Below, piece after piece: positions 40,685 to 55,713 of a stretch of 64,000 nucleotides of DNA. Positions within the stretch are counted from its first letter, which is position 1. Each line of letters begins with the position of its first letter. This stretch comes from Octopus sinensis (lineage: Eukaryota): the NCBI RefSeq assembly GCF_006345805.1, contig NC_042999.1, forward strand, positions 7,812,001 to 7,876,000. Reading direction: 5' to 3'. The position numbers and the translations under genes are program-made. Under the pieces are notes generated by a model, which saw nothing but the letters and a program-made list of their open reading frames with translations, was not told the DNA's origin and ran no database searches.

Positions 40685-41445
40685 GTGTGTGTGTATGCGT
40701 GCATGTATATATATATTCATAGATGCTAATAAGTCTGCCTGACAAGTTCTGTCTCTTTCTCTCTCTCTCTCTGCCTTTGCTCTTCTCTGCTCTTACTACT
40801 CCTCTTCCCCCATCAGCTGATACACAATCCCTCTCCTTTTCCTCTTTCTCTCTCTTTCTCCTCCCTCCACCTCCACCTCTCTTATTCTCTTCTCACAAAA
40901 CTCAACTTTCAGTCGATGCGCAAACACAAACACGCACGAGCACTTGCTTCTCGTCTTCTCCCACCTCTCCTTTCCCCTCTTCACTCCTATACACGTTCCT
41001 CTAGTTCGCTCTCCTCCCACCACGACCATCATTAAATGCTCTCATCTCTCTCTCTCTCTCATCCAACCGACCTACTCCCCTTCCTCTCACTTTTCCCCCT
41101 CCCCTTATCACTGCGCAACAGCTAGCGCGTAATTTTCTACTTTCACTTTCGTTCCAATTTCAACATTCAACACTATCTGTTTTCTATTTAATAATAAAGA
41201 CGTTCTTATTAGTGCTGTTGTTGTGGCTGTTGTTAGACTGGTGTTGTTAGTGCTAATATAGTGTTGTGACAGTGTTGTTGTTGTTGTTACTGTTGTTGGT
41301 ACTGTTACATTATCAGCATAATTTTTTCATTCCTTCTTTTCTATTCTTAGAGACTCTACGTAACTCTCCACGTCTTTTACATAGTTATTCATCATCTATA
41401 CACTATATATATATATATATATTATATATATATATATATACATAC

Positions 41446-41503
<58 letters not shown>

Positions 41504-41664
41504 ACAAAAGAATACGCATGTTTACAACTGCTCCCCCCTCATATTATTCCTCTTTTGGAGTTCCAGTACCTGTCGTTGCTTTCCTTCTTTTCCTCATATA
41601 TAAACTCTCCTCTTCTCCCTCATAATTGCCCCGCTCTCTTCCTCTCAGACGATATACATTCATT

Positions 41665-41747
<83 letters not shown>

Positions 41748-41954
41748 CCTCATACCCCTTCCTCTGTTTTAGCCTCATTGTGGCACGCACATGCACACAC
41801 ACACGCACACACATAGATACACACACATACATTTCTCCACCTGCTTGTGTCAGTCCCTCGCTCCGTCTTTCTCTCTCTCTCTCTCTCCATCTCTCCCAAT
41901 CTTCATCTCTTCTCTTTTACTCTCTTCTTGCATACGTCCACTGATACACGCATA

Positions 41955-41990
<36 letters not shown>

Positions 41991-43230
41991 CTCCCTGTCT
42001 CTCAATTTAGGTTCTCCCTCTTTCCACTTCAACCTTGATCTCTCATTCTCTCCCCAGTCTCCTTACTCTCTGTAAACGCCCTCCTTTCCATTCACACTTC
42101 TCTTATATCGTCTCTCTCACTATCCCTCTCTTTATAGATACATACACAGACATACACACGCACACACACACACACACATACACACATATATATATATAAA
42201 TAAATATATAGATATACATACACATATATACATATATACACAAACACACAAGCAGACACGCACACACACACATATATATATATAAATATATAGATATACA
42301 TACACATATATACGTATATACACAAACACACAGGCAGACACACGCACGCACGCACGCACGCAGCTATCGTTATTTTCATCAACTTTCCTCATCCTTCTCT
42401 CCATCTTCGAACGACTGCTTCTCTCTCTCTCTCTCATCTTTCTCTCATACCCTCCCTCAATAACTCTCCGTTCTCTCACTCTCCCTCTCTCCTTTCTCTC
42501 CCTCACCTTATACTGCTGTTGTTTCTCCATTCTCAAGCCAACCGTGCCGACGATGATTCAGTTACACACACATAGAGATAGATGAGCGTCCACCGTATAC
42601 ACATCCGCTAATCTAAAACAAACCAATTAACTTAACTTCACTTACACAACTAATTAATGATAGAATTTTTTTTTTTTGAAAAAAAAAAAAAAACTTAATT
42701 CTTACCCCAATCGTTTTACCAAGTTTCAATTAGAATTACAAAACGCCAGACCAGAATCTGTGATTAACAACGAACGGATAAGAAAACAAATACCATTAGC
42801 AACATAGAAAAAATATATATATATATTTAAAAATATATATGTAAGCTGCTGGTGCGATATACTTGTACATTATACGGTTATTCTTGGGTATTTTTCTGGC
42901 TGTTCTACCCCAGTTTTTTTCTTGTCAAAGAGGAAGAAGTAATACAAAGATTCGGAGAATCAAACATCACTATACACACACACACACACACACGTACTCA
43001 CACGCGCAATCACAAAGGAGTTGGCGATACATATTAAATGACAGCAACATCATAGGTAAGTCTTTATATTCTAGCACTTCGCTTAATTTCTGTCATACAT
43101 TATTACCATTTCTCTGCCTGACGTCCTTCCGGAGGCGGGGTGGGCCAATAAAATAAACCTACCATTCATAATACTGACGTTGATATATAATCGACAACAG
43201 TTTCCCATCCAACAATTTCTATGTAATTGC

Positions 43231-43268
<38 letters not shown>

Positions 43269-45285
43269 TATTATTATTATTATTCGTGTGTCACATACTT
43301 TGTATACTGTGTCTATTTTAATCTCATTTCGCCCTCCTCTCCCCTTTCTTCCCCTCATATTTTGTGCCCCCACCATACACACACACACACACACACTAAT
43401 TGTAAACTGTCCTTGTACCGTCAGCTCCCTCTGCTGCCCCTGTGGCAAAATAAAAGACATCCACGTCATCACTATAACTCTTTGTTGTTAGTAATGTCGA
43501 TGTCTCGTTAAATATTATTATTATTATCATTATCATTATTTTCGTTATTGAAGCAGTGAGATAGTTTACAAGTGGTGATTTGGTGGATTTTATTTAGAGT
43601 GGCGGATTAAACGTTTTACGGTGTTCAGTTGCGTCCCTTTGCGTTTCTGAGTTCAAATCTTAACGGGAGCCGATTTTACCTTTCTTTATGCTCGGGGGAC
43701 TAGCAATGAAATAAATGCAATTATAATTCTGAATCGATTGTGTTTCTTCCTCCAAATTCCCGACCTTCGATCTCGATTCGATTACTATGTATTTTAGCAT
43801 TGTTTTTCGCTTGGTTCATGGGAGTCGTCTTCTACAGCGTGCCTCTATGTGTTCCACCGTGGCACCATAACAAGGAATGTGTCGAGGCATGTAATTTACT
43901 GAGCAACAGGGTCTGCATTGTTGCTTCTTGTATTAAGATTAATGTTGTTCTAATTTGTTGTGTAAATTATAAAGTAACGAAAGGGTTCCGGGTGTCGACA
44001 GTCTATTGGATGCGTATTCCGTTGACTAACGTTTGATTCCGTTGAGTAACGGAATTAAAAGTTTTTAGCAAACAAGGGCGTGACGGAAATAACGGTTGGT
44101 GCTGCTGTTGTCGTTGTTGTTGCTGTTTAATCCCTATCAGTTCTGATTGAGCAAACCTAAGATCAAGGATATTCAAGCTAAGAACATCCCACCCTTTCTC
44201 CAGGTATAAAAGCATCTAGGACCACATTATCAAAAGTCCTACCATTTTCTTTTACAACAATAGGATATAACGGAAATTTAGCGGCTATTTCTAGCAAGCT
44301 GTATCTAATATTTGTACCCCACAGAATAATTCTTTTGGATTGCGTCTAAAACTTGTGAGATCTGGCATCATTGTTGTATTGCTGAAATTCCATTTTTGTA
44401 TATTCCCGACTACACATTGTCATCACTAGAATCGCTTCTCTTTCCTTCTCTCTTCTACATTCTTCTTACTCCAAATTACTAATGACTTCGTCGAAAGGAA
44501 TCGAGATGTCCATCAGTATGTAAAAGGTTCCCTATAAAACCCATGACTAAAATATCTGGGAACTTATTTATCAACCCGTACAAGAAACCCTCAAATCATC
44601 GGGGTCAACTCATTCTCATACACCGGATGTAGTGCATGTTTGTGACGCTTATTAATGGCAAAGTTTGTATTTAATTACGTCCCTTCGTCACATTTTGTGT
44701 TCGAATGCTGTCGAGGTTACCTTTGTTTTCCATCCTTCTGGGGTTAAGAAAAACGAAAGGACCATTCAAATGCCGATGCCGCTTTCATCGACCAAATGCC
44801 CCTCCCCTTAAATTTCTGGCCTTCGCCTATCTTTGGACCGATTCCTTTAATTATAGTTGGAGCTGGCTTTGAAATGTCATGCTTTATATCACGCTATGGT
44901 TAATACTCGTTCTGGGATCGAATCTCACCAAGGACAGTCTTGCCTTTCAGCCTTTCAACGGAGGGTGGGGCGGCACGGTCAATAAAGTAATAGTACAGAA
45001 GCGGGGAGGTGGGGCGACATGGCACCGTCACCCGCCCCAAAAAGTAGACTTGTTATATCAAAAACGAATATGTGTGTCTATGTGTGTGCGTGCGAGATGT
45101 GTCTGCATGTGTGCATGCTGTGTGTATGTGTATCCAGGTTTGTGTATTTGTGGGCGCGTGTATCTATGAGTGTATAAATGTACGTGTGTTTGTCGCGTAC
45201 GTATGTATGTTTGTGTGTGTGTGTGTGTGATTACGCATGCATATTGATTTCCATAGCTATAACAACGGCTACTATATATATATAC

Positions 45286-45327
<42 letters not shown>

Positions 45328-46008
45328 TTCCATTACGGCAACATTTGCTTGGTTTTCGTTCCATTTCTTCATTCATTACCGAGTTTTTTAATGAACACCC
45401 CAAACCACATTGGAGCCAATGTGCGAGACTTGACGACCTGTTAGAAATAGCAGAGAAAATACCCTCAAATCAGGGTATTTCATGGCAAATACCCAATTGC
45501 CTTAAAAATAAACGAGAAGTCACATTGATAATGTAGGACTGATTTGCAAAAAAGACAGGATGGTCACAGACGGAACGCGTGTGACTCACGAGTAGATCTG
45601 GGGCCTAATTGCAACAACAGCTACCATATAAGTAAGATCAACAGCAACAACAACAACAAGTGCAGGAAATAGTGTTTGCGGCTGCAAAATATACTGCAAC
45701 GACAATAGAGTGAAGACAAACCCACCTTGCCCACCCCGGCTCTCTTTCCTCTGCTTTCATACATGTCTATACGCAAACAAATGCTCGATACGAGCAGGAA
45801 ACCAGAAATAAATGCCGTAGCAAAAAAAAGAAAAAAGCTATGACCACAATAACCGACGAGTGTGGAAGAAGCAGAGGACGGCCTTAGCAACAGCAGCGAC
45901 AACAATACAATGCTAAGTTGGGTGCATAATGAATGAAAAATCATATAATCTTTATTGACATATACACGAGCAAACATAGCGGGCACATACATATATTACG
46001 CACGCATA

Positions 46009-46044
<36 letters not shown>

Positions 46045-46333
46045 TGTATGTATGCATGCATGTATATATATATAGATATATGTATGTATGCATGTATGTA
46101 TATTAATGGTAGCACACTTAGTGGCGTTACCAAATGGATTTGGGTTCGAGTCACACGCAGATAGGAAAGCCTACTTTTGTTTCTGTCGAGGGTTCATATG
46201 CCCCTTTATTAGACTATTTTCCTGAGTCATTGCATGGTGATAGCCGTAAGCTTTAGGCTCATATAAATACCATTATTATTATTTACAGAATTGTAAAACC
46301 CGGTACCGTATAAAATGCCATTTGCACCGACAG

Positions 46334-46402
<69 letters not shown>

Positions 46403-46406
46403 TATA

Positions 46407-46643
46407 CTTTATTTAAAGCAGCACAAAATTCAATAAAACCTGTTACTCTGAGTTTCCCGTTGCCGTTCATCGGACAGTTTTTGCTAGAATAGAACCGATA
46501 GTCCGATGAACGGCAACGGGAAACTCAGAGTAACAGGTTTTGTTGAATTTTCTGCTGCTTTAAATAAATCATATTATTCTACCACTGGTATTTGAGTACT
46601 CTTTTTTTCCACCTTGTTTCACATTTATGTGTTTACTCCGGTA
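46407..46643. mobile_element. Fold-back element in (TA)n, copy 1
   Basis: Arms 46408-46475 and 46501-46568, plus a ~70-bp unique tail shared with 56957-57222. Confidence 0.85.
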
Positions 46644-46717
46644 TATATATATATATAGATATACACAAACACACTCACACACATATATGTATGTATGTAT
46701 ATATATATGTGTGTGTG

Positions 46718-46771
<54 letters not shown>

Positions 46772-47193
46772 TGTGTGTATGTGTGCATCAAACTCTGCCT
46801 CGGGAGGAGTGAAAAGAGCAAAAGAAGGGAAGAGAGGGAAGACCCTACAGTTGTTGTTGTTGTTGGTGGTGGTGACGGTGGTGGTGGTGAGTTACAGGAA
46901 CGTGTGGGGAGGCTGTCAGGTGGTTGCCAGAAGTTGGGGGGCGAGGACAGTCGAAGACTCATGGGGCGTACGAGGAGTGGGGGCAGAGGAACCCTAGCTA
47001 CAGAAGGAAGAATAGGCAGCAGAAGGGCCTTCGGAAAGAGAAGACAAAGGATGCTGAGCAAGCGTTTAGGGGTCTCAACACATGATGACCGGTGGAGCTG
47101 AAGGGGATGGGTGGGGCGAGGGTGTGGAACGGCGAAGAATACCAACTGGCCAAGGGCTTAAGTCCGGTGGAACTCCATCGAGCCAATTCTTAT

Positions 47194-47226
<33 letters not shown>

Positions 47227-47484
47227 TATATTTTCTATGTTTTATCATTTATTTGTTATCATTACACTTCGGCCACCCTGGGGTGCCAACTTGGGGTGTT
47301 TTTTTAGTCGAATGAATTGAACCGGCAACTTGTTTTTTGGTTTGTTTTTTCAAAGCTTCGGTTTTATTCTGTCAGTCACGTTTGCGGTACCGCTAAGTTT
47401 ACAGGGATATAAACAAACCAATACCGATTGCGATTGCCAACCGGTGGTGTGGGACAAACGCAGACACAAAGACACACACACATG

Positions 47485-47530
47485 TATGTATGTATGTATG
47501 TATGTATGTATGTATGTATGTATGTATGTA

Positions 47531-47561
<31 letters not shown>

Positions 47562-48586
47562 ATGTGTGTATGTGTGTGTGTGTATGTATGTATGTATGTA
47601 TGTATGTATGTATGTATGTATGTATATACGTATGTATGTGTGTGTGTATGTATGGACGTATGTATGTATGGTATGTATGTATGTGTGCGTGTATGTATGT
47701 ATGTATGTATGTACACGACGCACTTCTTTCCATGTCTAGGAAAACCACTCAAGAAGTGTTAGCGGGCCCGAAGTGGGACCGAACCCGGAACCCTGTGGCT
47801 GGAAAGCAGGCATCTTACCACAGAGCCACGACTTCAACCCCCTCCACACACACACAGATATAGGGGCAAATACTGGCTTCAGTGGAAAAGTTCGGTTTAC
47901 TTGAATGTGGTGGTTAGTTGTACAAAGTGGGACATCCAGTGACTCAGGGACCCGCTCTGGAAAAGAAACTAGGCATCGCATCTCTAGAAGACATTATAGG
48001 TGTGTATGCATATATGCATGTGCGTATGAGTGTAGTCATGCAAGTATACCAATACGTTCGTACATACGTACATACATACATACATACTACAAACATACAT
48101 ACATACATACATACATACATACAAACATACATACATACATACATACATACATACATACATACATACATACAAACATACATACATACATACATACATACAT
48201 ACATACATACTTATATACATACATACATACATACATACATACATACAAACATACATACATACTTACATACATACATACAAACATACATACATACATACAT
48301 ACATACATACATACATACATACAAACATACATACATACATACATACATACATACATACATACAACAACATACATACATACATACATACATACATACATAC
48401 AAACATACATACATACATACATACATACATACATACATACATACATACATACATACATACATACACACATACATACATACATACATACATACATAAATAC
48501 ATACACACATACATACATACATACATACATACAAATATACATACATACATACATACATACATACATACATACATACATACATACAC

Positions 48587-48619
<33 letters not shown>

Positions 48620-48763
48620 CATACATACATACATACATACATACAAACATACATACATACATACATACATACACACATACACATACATACATACATACAT
48701 ACATACATACATACATACATACATACATACATACATACATACATACATACAAACATACATACA

Positions 48764-48797
<34 letters not shown>

Positions 48798-48845
48798 CAC
48801 ACACACACATACAACATACATACATACATACATACATACATAATA
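47485..48845. repeat. Long (TATG)n and (CATA)n microsatellite blocks
   Basis: Direct reading; source of the YIHT/MYVC ORFs. Confidence 0.95.
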
Positions 48846-48941
48846 CATACATATATATGTATTTTATATGTATGTATGTATGTATGTGTGTATGTATGTA
48901 TGTATGTATGTATGTATGTATGTATGTTTGTATGTGTGTAT

Positions 48942-49370
48942 AGGCGCAGGAGTGGCTGCGTGGTAAACAGTTTGTTTAACAACCACACGGCTCCGGGTTC
49001 AGTCCCACTGCATGGCACTTTGGGCAAGTGTCTTCTACTATAGCCCCGGGCTGACCAAAGCCTTGCGAGTGGATTTGGTAGAAAGAAATTGAAAGAAGCC
49101 CATCGTATATATATATATGTCGTGTGTGTGTGGTGTGTGTGTGGTGTGTGTGTGTGTGTGTTGTGTGTGTGTGTGTGTGTCTGTGTTTATCCGCCCACCA
49201 TCACTTAAACGATGTTGGTCACCGTAACAATAGCGGTTCGGCAAAAGAGAACGATAGAATAAGTACTAGACTTACAAAGAATAAGTCATGGGTGGGGGGT
49301 GGTTGATTTGCTCGATTGAAGGTGGTGCTCCAGCATAGCCGCAGTCAGACAACTGAAACAAGTAAAAGAA
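48942..49370 (+). mobile_element. SINE S3 with internal microsatellite
   Basis: aggcgcaggagtggctgcgtggtaa...gggttcagtcccactg...gtgctccagcatagccgcagtc. Confidence 0.8.
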
Positions 49371-49556
49371 TAAAAAAAAAATATATATATATGTATGTGT
49401 GTGTGTATGTTTATATATATATAAACATACAAACATGCATACACACATATATACGTAACATACATATACATATATATCTATATGTAATATATATGTATAT
49501 ATATATATATATATATATAATATGTGTGTGTGTGTGTGTGTGTATATACATATATG

Positions 49557-49608
<52 letters not shown>

Positions 49609-49636
49609 ATATATATTATGTTTATATAATATATAA

Positions 49637-49682
<46 letters not shown>

Positions 49683-50332
49683 TTCTCTATTTACATAATA
49701 TTGAGGTCTCTTCCTTTTGTTATCTTACCGTTTTACCAATAATATATATATATATATATCATACATATAATGCATATATCACTATGCATGTATAGCTCTT
49801 TCTATATAGATCCTTATAAAATTCACACGCACGCACGGGAATAATATATGTAAATATGTTTAAATGACGTATATATTAGCAGATATATCATAATTATGTG
49901 TGTTTGTGTGTTTGTGCGTGCACGCGCGCGTGTGTTTGTGTGTGTGTGAAATATATAATACCTTATATGTATAATTTATATAATTTATACTTATACTCAT
50001 TTACATATATCTAATGTATCTATATATATACATATACATGCATATATATATTATATATATATATTATATATATATATATATATATGTATATAATATATAT
50101 GAATATATATATTATATATATACATATATATATATATATATAAATATCAATATATATATATATAAATAATATATATATATACCTACATATATATACATAT
50201 ACATATATATATATATATACATATACCTATGTATATATATATGTATGTATTATGTATGTATGTATGTAGGTATGTACATATATATATATATATATATATA
50301 TAAATCTAATTGTATATATATATAGTATATAT

Positions 50333-50460
<128 letters not shown>

Positions 50461-50710
50461 ATACATATATACATATACATATATATATGAATGAATGCAC
50501 GCTCGGATGCATGCATGTGTATGCATGCATGTAGGCCCTGAGTGTATGCATTTGTGCATTCTTATACCCAAAACCAACCCCACTTGAAAGAGGTGGTCAG
50601 TTGAAAGGCGGTTCTAAGGGGGTGGGACTTGGGTTTTCCATGCAGCACAGAAAAGAATGGTTTAAGGTTGCATACAAGGTATGATATTTTAGACGGTGGT
50701 ATGGCTTAGT

Positions 50711-51030
50711 GTGAAGGTGCGCCGCATAGTAGTTAGGGGGTGTTCGGCTTCCGATCGCATGGTTGTGAGTTCGATTCCCAGCGACGCGTTGCGTCCTTGA
50801 GCAATCCACTTTATTTTACTATGCTCCACTCCAATCAGCTGGCAAAATTGAGTTGCACCTGTAATTCCAAGGGTGCCAGCCTTGTTCCATTCTGTGTCAA
50901 GATGAATCTCCCTGAGAACTACATTACGGGTACGCGTGTCTGTAGAGTGCTCAACCAGTTGCACGTTGATTTCACGAGAAGGATTTGTCCATTGATCGGA
51001 TCAACTGCTTTCTTAATCGACGGAGTCTAG
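50711..51030 (+). mobile_element. Diverged SINE with S4-like head and S1-like 3' half
   Basis: gtgaaggtgcgc...gagttcgattccc...ccttgagcaa, then gagaactac...tagagtgctcaacc...gatcggatcaac. Confidence 0.6.
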
Positions 51031-51402
51031 TTACGTAGCTCAGTCTCCGGCTGTACGCAGACACGCCATACATACACACACTAATACATACATACAAACA
51101 TATCATACATACACACATACATAGATACACACATACACACATACATACATACATGCATACATACACACACACATACATATATGCATACATACATACATAC
51201 ACACATATAGGTGTGTGTCTGTGTATGCATTATATGTAAGTGTTGTATGTCTGAGTATATATATATATGTGTGTGTTTGTGTGTGTGTATGTATGTATAT
51301 ATATTTTTTTTTCACTATTATTGCGCAAGGTATGCTGGTGTACCCTATTTTATAAAGCTATAGATGTTCGCGTTAATATGTATATCTCTCTATCTCTCTA
51401 TC

Positions 51403-51436
<34 letters not shown>

Positions 51437-52149
51437 TGTATGTATGTATGTATGTATGTATGTAGTATGTATGTATGTGTGTATGTATGTATGTATGTAT
51501 GTATGTATGTATGTATGTATGTATGTATGTATGTATGTATATGTATGTATATATGTGTGTGTGTGTATATAGATATATACATATATATATATAATATATA
51601 TATTCGTATATATTTTATATATAGGTAATGACAATGACAACAACAACAACAATAAAGATAATAATCATTTTTATTAGCGACGAGGACTCGAGAGATAGAA
51701 AATGATGCGACACTTTCATTAATGGTTGCAAAGAAAGAAAGCTGATCACGGAGTGTTGTGAAGTAAAACACGTCTGCGAAAATGAAGGGTTAAAATGAGG
51801 GGTTTTATGCAATGTGTTTGAGTCGGTTCAAAACAAACGTTTGAGGTACGCATACACACATGCACAGACACACAGAAACACATGCGCACATATCCGCGTC
51901 GACATACGCATACCATTCATAGACATATACACACACGCATTCTCCCACGTGTATGTATAAATGCACTTGTGTAAATCTGAATAAAAACAATAATTATAAC
52001 AGTACAATACGACATAATAATAAAAACAATATATAATTGAAGGGAATGAAACCTAAAAGATTACTGGTTAGGTCAGGTTAGAACACTTTGTGACCCTGTT
52101 TACTTCTCAAATTGCGTTCGAGTGCAGCCAAATGCATCAGTAAGCTTTT

Positions 52150-53200
52150 TATTTAATTATCTTTTTAGATATTTCGCTTTGATGGTAATCTCTCAAATCC
52201 TGTGTAATGTCCTTCTTCTTTTGAGTTTAACTTTCCTCGTGTCATTCTAAATTCTTCGGAAAATCTGCGCAATTTTCTCCCCTAATTGATTGTTTGATTT
52301 TTCGAAGAACGGTGCTTCGTTCTCGTTATTTTCTTTTGCGAGGAATTCGTTATGGCTTGGACGAAATCGTTCTTTATCACCTGAATTACGTTGCATCTTC
52401 TTTTCCTGTAATCTTTCATTTTTCTTTTCTTATTTTCACCGACTTTTCGAAAATCTGTAATTATTGTTTCTTCCTCATCTCATGATAACTTCGAGGCTTC
52501 ACATGATTCCATTAGCGGACGAAGGTGTTTGGTCACTTATCGGAGATGGTGGACATAAAAATATTTCTCTTGTCGTCTCAGAGTTTTGGGGAATAATGTT
52601 TTGGAAACTGGCGTTTGTTGTTCTTCTTGTTCGTAATTTCCCTTTCCATTGTTTTTGCTTACTTCCTTTGCCTCTTTCAGTCATTCAGTTTTAAAGTGCA
52701 TTTTAATCCGACAAACGGAGCAAGGTTCGTCGTCCCGTTGCTTTCTACAAGGTGTAGTTCCGAAATGGTTCTGTAGCTTTTAGGAGTCATAAAGCCTTGC
52801 AAACCCAGTTTGATAAGCCCTGGCCTTACGTCACCTTTCATTTCTTTGCTTTGACTCTTCTTCTCCGCTCCCATACTGTGGCACAAACGTCGCAACTAGT
52901 CATGGATCTACATTATGTCCAATGCTTCTTTGACCCATCTGCCGGGGTACAAAAATGTAGACTCAGAGATATGGCTGACAATTTCAGTCTGTATGTTAGC
53001 TGTATCTTTAGTTTTAAAAGTACTACAGAGATTGTTATAGCTTTTGCGTTCTTTTAATTGAGAGGATTTCTGATATGTTCGGCAGAGTCTGTTGACTCGA
53101 AGGGAAATTTAATCACATTTTATCCTTCTGTAAGCAGGTATATGTAATTTTGTTCTTGCCCTCTCCTGGGGTAAAGATATGCATTGAACAATCAGCAACG
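52150..53200 (-). mobile_element. Degenerate RTE-like ORF2 3' region
   Basis: Weak motifs read by eye: ESTFLYPG (cf. FxYLG), FVPQYGSGE (cf. LLYGxETW), GSKQKQWK (cf. GRPRKRW). Confidence 0.45.
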
Positions 53201-53520
53201 TGTAAATCAGAGTTGTGTAATAAGAGGGGGTCCAACGTTAGTTGATGTTTAAAGAGTATAAAAAAGAAATTTACTGAATACAGAACTTTTGTTATCGTTT
53301 GTAATCATGCACGTTCACCCACCCCTTCATGTATGAAAACTCATCGCTTTCTGAGGCCGTAAATGCATTCAGTTAACATCAAGGGTCCCACCTTCTTCCT
53401 ACCCGTCGCTGTATTTTCATATCAGTCCCACTGCGTGGAACCTTGGACAAGTCTTTTCTGCTATAGCCTCGGACTGACCAAAGCCTTATGCGTGGATTTA
53501 GTAGACGGAAACTGAAAAAG

Positions 53521-53702
53521 GGTGGAGCACTTGCATAAAACAGCACTGCTTGGAACCGCCGGAATACACCGGAAGGTGCTCGAAAAGTAAGAGGTGTTAC
53601 CTTAGTTCACTGCTAGTGAACAGCTGACACCGTGGTACATCTCCAGAGTTAGAAGCTGTGCAAAGGCAATGATAATAATAATAATAATGATAATAACAAT
53701 AA
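53521..53702 (+). mobile_element. Dong/R4 3' end with (TAA)n tail (same family as 36962-37430)
   Basis: VEHLHKTALLGTAGIHRKVLEK*, then shared 3'UTR cttagttcact...cagctgacacc...gttagaagctgtgcaa.ggcaat(gat/aat)n. Confidence 0.8.
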
Positions 53703-53988
53703 CGTTTATGCATATATCACTGAAATACCTAAGTTTGCGTCTGTGCAAACAGATAAACTCTAAGAAACAAACCTGCTGCTTTGTGGGCCACGTTTGTATA
53801 GAAAAAGTTTGGGAGTAGTTGGCTTTGATAAAAAAACCTGGGATTGAAATAGTTTCCGGTGATCTTGATTTCGTTTGTCATTGGATATTCAGTTATAATA
53901 CGTGTTGTACACGTATCCTGTAGACTTGTGTTATTAGAAACCGCTGATGTATTTATGTCTCGTATGACAGACCTCCTATTATTATTGT

Positions 53989-54053
<65 letters not shown>

Positions 54054-54604
54054 GAGTGAAAGAGCAGTGCATGCCATCAAAGTGACACTGGGGTAAAATA
54101 TGCGAAGCCCATTATACCCATCATGACTACCCGTCTGATAAGGGTACACTAGGCACATGCATCACAACCATATATGCGCAACATGATTTCCTATCAAGAT
54201 AAACAGCGAATGACCTTGCAGGTGGGGCCCAGTTAGAATTTTCTTCTGGTCGCGTAGCCCATCCCGCTCAAAAGGTCCCTGAATAAGGGTTGTTTAAGGA
54301 TGTTGAAGGAAACACCCATGTTTCCAGAAGTGAATTATTCAAGCCCCAAAGAATCTCTCTCAACAAATGGCTATGATGCTCCCCCACTACTTCTGTTCAT
54401 AATCAGAGATGCACATATCGTCAGCTACTGAGGGACATGCTCAAATGGTTACGGTCAAACAACTGACAAGCAAATCTGTGGTATTGAGCAGAATATTTGC
54501 TGTAGCCCATCTTTTATACCAAGACAAAACAATGTACATGATAAAACTTCCAATCAGTTAAGATCAGCAGCCACGAGAGCCACTGCCTGGTACTACATCA
54601 GGGC

Positions 54605-54606
<2 letters not shown>
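54054..54606. mobile_element. ~550-bp non-coding repeat bounded by (TTA)n on both sides
   Basis: Its first ~70 bp recur at 36810-36880 (gcatgc.atcaaagtgac..tggggtaaaat..acgaagccca.tatacccatcat). Confidence 0.6.
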
Positions 54607-54635
<29 letters not shown>

Positions 54636-54659
54636 GTTGTTGTTGTTGTTGTTGATTTA

Positions 54660-55085
54660 ATGCTTCCGTAGATGCCTCTTTTTCTTTTATTTCTGATTTC
54701 TTCGGGTAAACATCTGAACAACTGAGGGCCCCTGAATATCAGACTGGTACTAGAGAATGCTTTTGTTCGTGATTTCGAAGGTGTCTACATTTAGAAGATG
54801 ACACTTTTGACCAATTCGTGCATTAAAATTCTCTCTAATGCCTACGTTTGTATCATGCCCCTCCAGGATTTTCCATGTGTGTATGACAATATATCTCTCT
54901 TTCCAGCATTCAAGACGCAGTTATCAGTAATTAAGGCTTTTGATTGAAGTTACTTTACCGGTGAAGATCTTTGTAATCCTTCAATCCCCTCTGTGAGACT
55001 GGTCAGGAGTTAGGAGACCAAAGCTATGCGAAGTAATCTATTCCGCTCAGAACTAGTGTTTTCCATAGAGTTTGCCCAACTCTGA
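54660..55085 (-). mobile_element. CR1-clade ORF2 C-terminal remnant
   Basis: Reconstructed across indels: EGxQRSFT...LNY...ERYIVIHTWKILEG...FRGPQLFRCLPEEIRN. Confidence 0.7.
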
Positions 55086-55295
55086 GTTCTCTAGGATGTA
55101 TGTATGTATGTATGTATGTATGTATGTATGTATGTATGTATGTATGTATGTTATGTATGTATGTATGTATTTATGTATGTATGTATTTATGTATGTATGT
55201 ATGTATTTATGTATGTGTATGTATTATGTATGTATGTATGTATGTATGTATGTATGTATGTATGTATGTATGTATTTATGTATTATGTATTTATG

Positions 55296-55327
<32 letters not shown>

Positions 55328-55334
55328 CATGTAT

Positions 55335-55713
55335 AGGGTCTTCCTATGATGCTGACATGCAGTGTCTGTGCAAGACCCTGCCTCAGTAAAGCTGGACTGG
55401 AGAGTCATCTTCGTAGTCATAAAACGAGACAGATGAGTGACAACCTGGCCACTGGTGGTGGTGTTATACACCATACTAATCTGTCAGGCATGTGGAAGAG
55501 AGTATAATTCGGCAGGAGGACTTAAACGACATGTAAAGTTACATGAAGCCCAGTTACACCTACAGCCGGCTATTGCCGGTAAAGGTTTTAGTTGCCAATT
55601 CTGTACAAGACATTGTAGATCTTTAGCTGGGCTAAAAGGTCACATTCGATCACAGCACCAATAACAGTTAAGCTTCGTGCAATGGCCATACTCGATAACG
55701 AGGGGGCAGCCAT
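55335..55713 (+). mobile_element. RTE-clade 3' end with three C2H2-like fingers, within (TATG)n
   Basis: CSVCARPCLSKAGLESHLRSH / CQACGREYNSAGGLKRHVKLH / CQFCTRHCRSLAGLKGHIRSQHQ*; short 3'UTR then microsatellite; no TGEKP linkers. Confidence 0.65.

Noticed and set aside
47350-49027. Long YIHT/MYVC ORFs (also at 55.6-56.6 and 60.0-60.4 kb)
   Set aside because: Tetranucleotide repeats lacking stop codons.
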